Positions 57,541 to 64,000 of a stretch of DNA of 64,000 bases are shown in pieces; the first letter of the stretch is position 1, and the number at the start of each line of letters is the position of its first letter. Source of the stretch: an uncultured Candidatus Saccharibacteria bacterium. GTDB lineage: Bacteria > Patescibacteriota > Minisyncoccia > Phycocordibacterales > PALSA-1337. Below the pieces are notes generated by a model. That model was not told the DNA's origin, did no database searches, and was given only the letters and a program-made list of their open reading frames with translations. The stretch lies in contig CAZBVQ010000001.1 in NCBI GenBank assembly GCA_964495685.1, positions 39,477 to 103,476 of the forward strand, given 5' to 3'. The position numbers and the translations under genes are program-made.

Positions 57541-58614
57541 ATGAATTCATCTACAAAATGGTATTGGATAGTAGGAATATTAGTAGTAATTATTGCCATA
57601 CTCGCAATTGTTATCCCGAAAAATAAAACAACAAGCGAGTCTTCAAATTATGTTGTTGGAGCTATTTTGCCCATGACTGGTCCAGCCGCTCTATGGGGAG
57701 AGACTTTTAAAAATGGTATGGAATTAGCATTAAGAAATCATCCTGAATTGCAGGTTATTTTTCAGGATAGTAAATCGACGGCACAAGATGGCATCTCCGC
57801 ATTTAATGTCTTAAAAGATAGAGATGTTAATCTGATGGTATCTGAATTGTCTCTTGTCTCGGTCCCACTAGCCAAGGTAGCTCTGGATCAAAAGGTTCCA
57901 CTATTTGTTTCTCTTGTGGCTACGAATCATCAGAATATTGTGAATGATTTTACAACAAGATACTACACCGATCCGACCAATTATGCTCTACCTGCATTTA
58001 CAGATCCAATTTCTCCTCTAATAAGCGCAAAGAAAATAGCTTTGCTGTACAGGAATGATGAATTAGGAGTATCAGTCAAAGACAAGATCAATGAACTCAG
58101 TAAGAATAATGATAAACAAATCGTTGCTCAGGAATCGTTTATGCCTAATGAAAAGGACTACAGAACTGTTTTGACGAAAATAAAGAATTCAGATTTACAG
58201 GTGTTCATCTTTGTGGTTGCGAATCCGATTGAAGCTACTGGTATTGTCAAAACAGCGAGCGAATTGGGTTTGAAAATACCCATGATAGAATCGTCTGCAG
58301 TTTTTGCTGACCTCGATACCCGCAAGCAGGTTCAAGGAATACCGTTTTATTCTTCCTCATACGACTTTTCCTTGCCTGATAAGGCGATTGAGTTCAAAAA
58401 GCAATATTCTGAGAAATTTGGTAAGGAGCCAAACTTTAGTTCAGCCTTTGGTTACGATATCGTGAATCTTATTGGAGCATGTGTAAAAAAGAACGTAGAC
58501 ATAAAAGCATGTTTATCAACAGTTAACGAATTTGATGGTGTAGCGGGAGTTGCTACACAAACTGCACCAAGTGATTTTGTCGTAAAACTGCATCTGGAAA
58601 AAGTAAATTTTTGA
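57541..58614 (+). CDS. ABC transporter substrate-binding protein, LivJ/Peripla_BP_6 family, paralog 6 (most divergent)
   Basis: TM anchor plus YVVGAILPMTGPAALWGE. Lower-GC, AT-rich codon usage. Confidence 0.7.
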   Translation: MNSSTKWYWIVGILVVIIAILAIVIPKNKTTSESSNYVVGAILPMTGPAALWGETFKNGMELALRNHPELQVIFQDSKSTAQDGISAFNVLKDRDVNLMVSELSLVSVPLAKVALDQKVPLFVSLVATNHQNIVNDFTTRYYTDPTNYALPAFTDPISPLISAKKIALLYRNDELGVSVKDKINELSKNNDKQIVAQESFMPNEKDYRTVLTKIKNSDLQVFIFVVANPIEATGIVKTASELGLKIPMIESSAVFADLDTRKQVQGIPFYSSSYDFSLPDKAIEFKKQYSEKFGKEPNFSSAFGYDIVNLIGACVKKNVDIKACLSTVNEFDGVAGVATQTAPSDFVVKLHLEKVNF

Positions 58615-58681
58615 ATTCAGTATAAACTCATTACAAAAGCAGCCGCCAGATTTATCTGACGGCTGTTTGCGTAAGATTGCC

Positions 58682-59449
58682 CTAGCTCGAAGTCGTATTG
58701 GGTACGACCCCGATTAGATGAAGTGCTGCCGCTAACTTTACTGATCGGTCGCTATCGCTGCGGCAGCCCATGAGACTAAAGAACTTTTCGGGGTCGATGC
58801 CTTTCTGTGCCAACCCCTTTTCGAGGGGGCGTGTTTTTCTTTCGAAATACGCTTGGTGCATCGCATTCTCTCCCGAGAAACTGATCAGCTTTTCGACGAT
58901 ACGAATGTCCTGATCATTGCCCAGCTGCTTATACAGCTTCTGAAGATGTGACTTCAGCGAAGGGAGTCGTGTCTGTACCATCTTGAGTACATAGTAATTT
59001 GTGATGGCTTCATTCAAGATCTCGCGATCTACGAATCTGCCAACGACATTACCGTTCTCGAGTCTGGCAGCCGCTGTTGCGATGCCAGTCTCGATAATCA
59101 AGATGCCGTTTTTGCCATCGTCAGGTTCCTTGATGACCTTCGTATGAGAGATGGCATGTGTGACTTCGTGAGCGAGTGTCCAGAGTGTTGCCATAAAAGA
59201 GTCACCTGGTTTATGGAACTGTTCCGCGATCAGGGAGATGACGCCTGCGAAACGGGGAGTGAGGAGGATGCAGCGATTCAATGGGTCGTAAGCTGCCTCG
59301 AGCTCGCCTTCCTGTTCTGAGGCAGTCAGTGCATACTCTACCGTCTTTGCACCAATGGAATGAATCCTATGGGCATAGTCGGAGAACGCTTCCTTCACAT
59401 GCAGAATTACTTCCCGCATGAAAGTGCTGATTTTTTCTTGGTCTGTCAT
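58682..59449 (-). CDS. hypothetical HExxH-motif protein (putative zinc metallopeptidase)
   Basis: HEVTH motif inside a predicted helical region. GC content clearly higher than neighbours. Confidence 0.45.
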   Translation of the reverse strand: MTDQEKISTFMREVILHVKEAFSDYAHRIHSIGAKTVEYALTASEQEGELEAAYDPLNRCILLTPRFAGVISLIAEQFHKPGDSFMATLWTLAHEVTHAISHTKVIKEPDDGKNGILIIETGIATAAARLENGNVVGRFVDREILNEAITNYYVLKMVQTRLPSLKSHLQKLYKQLGNDQDIRIVEKLISFSGENAMHQAYFERKTRPLEKGLAQKGIDPEKFFSLMGCRSDSDRSVKLAAALHLIGVVPNTTSS

Positions 59450-59556
59450 AAGTCGGTATTTGGTTGATCGAATTTCAAAGTACTACCTATATTATATCAC
59501 AAATCCTTGACAAATACAAGGGTAGATGCTAAAATATGGCTAAAGCACATTGATTT

Positions 59557-60357
59557 ATGAACATTAACGTTTACGCTCACAAATCGGGGCCATTGAGCAG
59601 GGCCTTTTTACAGGTTGTCGGCCTTACCGACCACAAGCTGGTTGAAGTTGCCGATCAAAAGGCGGCTGACGTCATCTTGCTCACGGGGTCGGAAGATCTC
59701 CGCGCCCTCTACAACGACAAACAACTGTTCTGTGTTCTTCAGACGGAGCGGCGTCCGCTCACGGCGAAGCAACCCGAGAACGTTTGCCTGTTGGACACAC
59801 TGAAGCTCATGGAGGGTGACAGTGGTATCCCGAAGCTTCTTGAGATGATCGACAAGCGCATCGCAGATCAGGCCAAGAAGCCGGCGACTGAAGAGGCACT
59901 TCCGACATTTTCGGATCTTGTCAAATTCAAGAGCCACTACTCGGTTTTGGTCATCGACGATACGGAGAGAAATCTCCGAATCGCCGAGGCTGTCCTCAAG
60001 GGACACTCGGTTACGATCGCAAGTGGTCTGCAGGAGGCGATGAAAGCTGTGGGTCAGAAGCATTTCGACGTGGTCCTTACGGACATGGAGATGCGACCGG
60101 ACAAACAGTACTCAGCGCTGAACCTCGATCACTACGGTGTCACTGAAACCGTGCCACTCGGGTTCGCAGTCGTCCTCGAGATGACTGAACGTGGCATGCC
60201 GGTAGCCGTCGTTACAGATGGCAACCATCACGCCGGGTGGGTGTCGGCAATGTTCGATCACATCCAACGAGCCAATGTTAACGGGCAGAAAGTTCTGTTC
60301 TTTAATAACATCGGCAAGCGGTGGGATACGGCGCTCAAGAGCCTGATGGAGCCTTAG
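59557..60357 (+). CDS. receiver (REC) domain protein with unknown N-terminal domain
   Basis: The C-terminal half has a CheY-like pattern: VLVIDD...DVVLTDMEMRP (phospho-acceptor Asp) ...K. GC-rich relative to flanks. Confidence 0.55.
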   Translation: MNINVYAHKSGPLSRAFLQVVGLTDHKLVEVADQKAADVILLTGSEDLRALYNDKQLFCVLQTERRPLTAKQPENVCLLDTLKLMEGDSGIPKLLEMIDKRIADQAKKPATEEALPTFSDLVKFKSHYSVLVIDDTERNLRIAEAVLKGHSVTIASGLQEAMKAVGQKHFDVVLTDMEMRPDKQYSALNLDHYGVTETVPLGFAVVLEMTERGMPVAVVTDGNHHAGWVSAMFDHIQRANVNGQKVLFFNNIGKRWDTALKSLMEP

Positions 60358-60415
60358 CTCCTCAATTTCTTGAGACACGCACGCAGTTTGCTTCGGCTAG
60401 CTGCGTGTTTTTGCT

Positions 60416-61537
60416 TTATATTTGTGAAGCCTTTCCGCTCTGAATGACGAACAATGAGTATCGGGCATTTGTTCGATCATTTTTCTGATCGAAGCTGATG
60501 TTGCCACTTACACCATCGTAGTTGGCTTGAGCGAGGTAGTTTTTTACTCCCGAAGCTGTTTGATTTGTCTTAAGAGCATTAGCTAACAACTGGATGGCAT
60601 CGTATTCGGCTGCACAGATGTTTATCTGAGGGCAATCTGTTCCATATTTCGATTTGTATTCAGCGAGTATCTTATTGAACTCTGGAGTTGCTTGGAATAC
60701 GTAGTCGCCTCCCACAGCACCTTCAAGTAAGGCCGAGTGCTTTGTGAGTAGCGCTGAAGCCTTGAGAATATTGTCATTTATGAACATATGCTTCGGTTTG
60801 AACCCGAGTTGTTCCATTTGGGTAAGAACTGTTTCACCACTCGGCACAGTTTGAACGCTTACAAAAACGACATCGGGATTTGTGGCTTGCAGTTTGGTGA
60901 GTTGAGTTCTGACATCTGTAGCTCCGGAAGCGAATGATTCGCTTGTGACGGTTATATCTGTATTAGCGAGATCTTTTGTGAGAGAGATTTGAAGTCCTTT
61001 TGCATAATCCGTTTCTTCATAGATCACTGCAATCTTTTTGTATCCTTGTGCAATTGCGCGATCAGCCAAAAGTTTCGCCTCTTGTCCGTCTGATGCCCAG
61101 TTTCTGAAGAAGTTGGGTGAAATTGCTGTGAGTTTGTCAGCGCTTGTCACTGTTCCGAGCAAGACTGCATCGTTCTGAGCTAAGTTAGGTGCCATAGCGG
61201 CGACTGTTCCGCTGCATGCAACAGTTGTAAGTACATGGATTCCATCAGTACTGACCAATTTTTGGAAAGCTGATGCGGCTGTCTTTGGATCACATTTATG
61301 ATCTTCAGATACCAGCTCGAGTTTCTTGCCGTTAATTCCGCCTGCAGCATTTATATCGTCGACGGCGATAATAGCAGTATTATGAGCAGGCTCGCCATAG
61401 GAAGCGAGGCCTCCAGTAAGAGGGTACATGCCACCGATCTTGATCGTGTCGCTCTGCTTCGAGAATTGAGCAGCTACTATTACAAGAACTATTACTACGA
61501 TTACTAAAATGGCCCCGAGGGTGTATTTATTTTTCAT
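60416..61537 (-). CDS. ABC transporter substrate-binding protein, LivJ/Peripla_BP_6 family, paralog 7
   Basis: TM anchor plus IKIGGMYPLTGGLASYGE. Confidence 0.8.
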   Translation of the reverse strand: MKNKYTLGAILVIVVIVLVIVAAQFSKQSDTIKIGGMYPLTGGLASYGEPAHNTAIIAVDDINAAGGINGKKLELVSEDHKCDPKTAASAFQKLVSTDGIHVLTTVACSGTVAAMAPNLAQNDAVLLGTVTSADKLTAISPNFFRNWASDGQEAKLLADRAIAQGYKKIAVIYEETDYAKGLQISLTKDLANTDITVTSESFASGATDVRTQLTKLQATNPDVVFVSVQTVPSGETVLTQMEQLGFKPKHMFINDNILKASALLTKHSALLEGAVGGDYVFQATPEFNKILAEYKSKYGTDCPQINICAAEYDAIQLLANALKTNQTASGVKNYLAQANYDGVSGNISFDQKNDRTNARYSLFVIQSGKASQI

Positions 61538-61676
61538 GTTATTAATGAATTAATTCTATACCATATATTTTACGCTCATTCAATAGTTTGTCAAATGTGT
61601 TGACGAATGTTAAGAAAAGAACTATAATAGCTATATAAATTGGCATAATATTGTTGTCGAGAAATAGGACAAAATC

Positions 61677-62420
61677 ATGAAAACAGTCGAATTTGCAGAA
61701 ATATTGAAGGATTTCGGGCTCGATATTAACGAGTCGAAAGTCTATATTGCCATGCTTTCTCTTGGTCCGTCCAAGGTTTTACGTATTGCCAAAGAAGCAG
61801 AAATCAAAAGAACTAGTGTTTATGCCGTGATCGAAGGTCTTCGACAGAAAGGTCTTGTAGAAATTCAGGTGAAAGGACTGAAAAAACTATATGCAGCAGC
61901 TAGTCCCGAGCAACTTGAAAGCATGATAGAACTCAAAAGACAGAAGTTCCGTGATATTTTACCGGAACTAAAAGCATTGGATACATTTAAAGGAAAAGAG
62001 AGCTTTATTAAATATTATGAGGGGCTCAATGGTGTTAAATCTGTTTACGATAGAATTCTGGACGATTTGAAACCAGGCGATGATTACATGATTGTTTCCA
62101 ATATGGAGCAATTCCTTGATATGGATCGAGAATATTTTGCGGATTTCATAAAACGCCGTGCCGCATACAACTTGAAGGTGAGGACTCTCATTCTTGATTC
62201 ACCTAGTGCGCGTCACTATAAGGAGCATGAGAAGAGTACAAATCAATCGATTAAATTTTTACCAAGTGACACGAAATTGAGCGCCAATTTAGTGATAACA
62301 ACGCACCGTGTGGTCATTACTCAGACTGTTAAGCCGATCATGTCCATTGTGATAGAGAATAAAAATATAGTTGAGATCCAAAAGGAGCAATTTGATATAG
62401 TGTGGGACTCGATAAAGTAA
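61677..62420 (+). CDS. TrmB-family transcriptional regulator, paralog 5
   Basis: wHTH: FGLDINESKVYIAMLSLGPSKVLRIAKEAEIKRTSVYAVIEGLRQKGLVE. Confidence 0.7.
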   Translation: MKTVEFAEILKDFGLDINESKVYIAMLSLGPSKVLRIAKEAEIKRTSVYAVIEGLRQKGLVEIQVKGLKKLYAAASPEQLESMIELKRQKFRDILPELKALDTFKGKESFIKYYEGLNGVKSVYDRILDDLKPGDDYMIVSNMEQFLDMDREYFADFIKRRAAYNLKVRTLILDSPSARHYKEHEKSTNQSIKFLPSDTKLSANLVITTHRVVITQTVKPIMSIVIENKNIVEIQKEQFDIVWDSIK

Positions 62421-62439
62421 GCTTTCTTAAACGGCGAAA

Positions 62440-63207
62440 TTGAGGCATAATTTACTTATGCTTCAGCTTTCGACTAAATCCATTGTTAAACACTTCGATG
62501 GTGTTTATGCTGTCAATAAGCTCTCGCTCAATTTTGAGTCTGGAAAAATAACTGGAATCATCGGTCCAAACGGATCAGGCAAATCCACGCTCGTAAATTT
62601 GCTCACCGGCCTCATTCCGTTCGACAAAGGTGAGGTTTTAGTAAGTGGCGAGACTTTAACCAAAGTTCATCCTCACCAAGTACCGTTTTATGGCGTTACG
62701 CGCACGTTTCAGGATGTGAGATTATTCGAGCAGATGCCCGTTATCGATAATATTCTTGTCGTTCTAACACAACGAAGCATTTGGTCATCTTTGTTTGAAA
62801 GACACAATAAGTTTCACATAGAAAAAGCGGAAGCAGTGCTCAAAAAAGTGGGTCTATGGGAAAAACGTAACGAACTTGCCAAGAACTTGTCTTACGGTCA
62901 ACGCAAACTATTAGAAATCGCTCGCGTCTGTGCCATGAGTCATAGTGGAACAGCTGATTTGGAAGTTATTTTATTCGATGAACCTTTCGCTGGTCTATTT
63001 CCAGAAATGATCAAGATAGTTTCATCCGTAATGCAGGAATTACGATCGCAAGGTAAGGCAGTTATCCTCATAGAACATAATATGGAGCTGATCCGAGGCC
63101 TTTCTGATTATCTCTATGTTCTGGATTCGGGGGAACTTTTGGCTGAAGGGAAGCCTGACGAGGTATTAGCTAGAAAAGATGTAATTGAAGCGTATTTGGG
63201 AGAATAA
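62440..63207 (+). CDS. livG: branched-chain amino acid ABC transporter ATP-binding protein, LivG type
   Basis: Walker A GPNGSGKST, ABC signature LSYGQRKLLEIAR, Walker B ILFDEP. Confidence 0.85.
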   Translation: MRHNLLMLQLSTKSIVKHFDGVYAVNKLSLNFESGKITGIIGPNGSGKSTLVNLLTGLIPFDKGEVLVSGETLTKVHPHQVPFYGVTRTFQDVRLFEQMPVIDNILVVLTQRSIWSSLFERHNKFHIEKAEAVLKKVGLWEKRNELAKNLSYGQRKLLEIARVCAMSHSGTADLEVILFDEPFAGLFPEMIKIVSSVMQELRSQGKAVILIEHNMELIRGLSDYLYVLDSGELLAEGKPDEVLARKDVIEAYLGE

Positions 63208-63208
63208 T

Positions 63209-63928
63209 ATGAAGGAAATTTTATTAAAACTTGAGGACATTCATGTTCACTACGGAGGAGTGAAAGCTCTTGATGGTGCTTCTGTGGCCGTAGATGAAGG
63301 AGAGATTGTCGCTCTCATGGGTCCTAACGGTGCTGGTAAATCGACGATTCTCAAAACGATATTTGGCCTAGCGGCCTTCGAATCTGGCAAGGTCTATTGG
63401 GAAGGACAGGCGTTTACTCCTGTTTCCCACGAAGTAGTGAAGCGAGGTATTTCATTTGTGCCACAAGGACGCAGGGTTTTTAGGCATCTAACCGTCTTGG
63501 AAAATCTTGAGATTGGAGGATTCGGTCTGTCACGAAATGAACGAGAGGAAAGGATAAACAACGTACTCGAGCTATTTCCTGCGTTAAAAGGCAAATTAAA
63601 GGCAAAATCAGGCACGTTATCGGGTGGTCAGCAGCAGATGTTAGCTATTGCCAGAGGCCTCATGACTGATCCGAAGGTTCTACTTTTGGATGAACCGTCA
63701 CTAGGCTTGGCTCCTAAGATCGTTAAGGAAGTTTTTGCCAAGATTAAAGAAATAAATGAGCGACGCAGGACGGCAGTTATAGTTGTTGAGCATAATATAA
63801 AATCACTGGTTGAGATCTCGAATCGAGTGTACGTACTTGATAAGGGGAAGATAGTTGCGCATGGCGATCCTAAGACCTTGATTTCCTCTGAAATCATGGA
63901 AAAAGTATTTCTAGGTAAGCTCTCTTAG
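63209..63928 (+). CDS. livF: branched-chain amino acid ABC transporter ATP-binding protein, LivF type
   Basis: Walker A GPNGAGKST, signature LSGGQQQMLAIAR, Walker B LLLDEP. Start set at the ATG at 63209 right after the livG stop. Confidence 0.85.
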   Translation: MKEILLKLEDIHVHYGGVKALDGASVAVDEGEIVALMGPNGAGKSTILKTIFGLAAFESGKVYWEGQAFTPVSHEVVKRGISFVPQGRRVFRHLTVLENLEIGGFGLSRNEREERINNVLELFPALKGKLKAKSGTLSGGQQQMLAIARGLMTDPKVLLLDEPSLGLAPKIVKEVFAKIKEINERRRTAVIVVEHNIKSLVEISNRVYVLDKGKIVAHGDPKTLISSEIMEKVFLGKLS

Positions 63929-64000
63929 CTGTTGGTAACTCTACTTTGCAATATCTCCGATTCAAGCTAAGGTACCGACCAGAGCTCATTTTTGTGTTAA

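Noticed and set aside
43007-63928. Calling the accessory region a prophage
   Set aside because: No capsid, terminase, tail or lysis genes are present. Only a serine recombinase and transporter/regulator genes are seen, so it is at most a genomic island.

Overview
The window holds the chromosomal replication-origin neighbourhood of a moderately AT-rich bacterium with monoderm-style, TM-anchored secreted proteins. The gene content and the Ser/Thr/Pro-rich surface proteins suggest a small-genome lineage such as Patescibacteria/CPR; this is inference only.

Four blocks are visible:
- Housekeeping/origin block (1-11.4 kb): a 5'-truncated PilB/GspE-type ATPase, ruvB, yebC, ruvC, class-A PBP1A, a DciA-like small ORF, dnaN, dnaA, rpmH, rnpA and yidC. 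The dnaA-dnaN spacer is AT-rich with DnaA-box-like motifs. A perfect 38-bp inverted repeat lies between dnaA and rpmH.
- A roughly 12-kb minus-strand operon (11.4-24.1 kb), with a divergent small pilin-like gene at 24.2-24.5 kb, that looks like a Gram-positive/CPR-type type IV secretion-like system. It contains a PrgI/VirB3-like protein, a VirB4 ATPase split into two ORFs, a VirB6/TrbL-like polytopic protein, a VirB2/TrbC-like pilin with a long extension, and several secreted or membrane proteins of unknown function.
- A housekeeping block (24.5-43 kb): ksgA, pcrA, a LysM-M23 peptidase, comM, a DksA/TraR-like protein, pnp, an NYN protein, rpsO, a Xer recombinase, xth, the CCA-adding enzyme, a YraN-like endonuclease and four tRNAs (Arg-UCG, Gly-GCC, Pro-UGG, Gly-UCC). 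Two GC-rich or structured noncoding stretches here are candidate ncRNAs.
- An accessory region (43-64 kb) next to tRNA-Gly(UCC) and a large serine recombinase. It is dominated by an unusual array of seven paralogous LivJ-type (Peripla_BP_6) substrate-binding proteins and five TrmB-family regulators arranged as divergent pairs. There is only one permease pair (livHM) and one ATPase pair (livGF). A GC-rich insertion inside the array encodes an HExxH protein and a receiver-domain protein.

Also found: a dispersed roughly 35-nt repeat family that begins with a DnaA-box motif, and a duplicated 35-nt terminator element.
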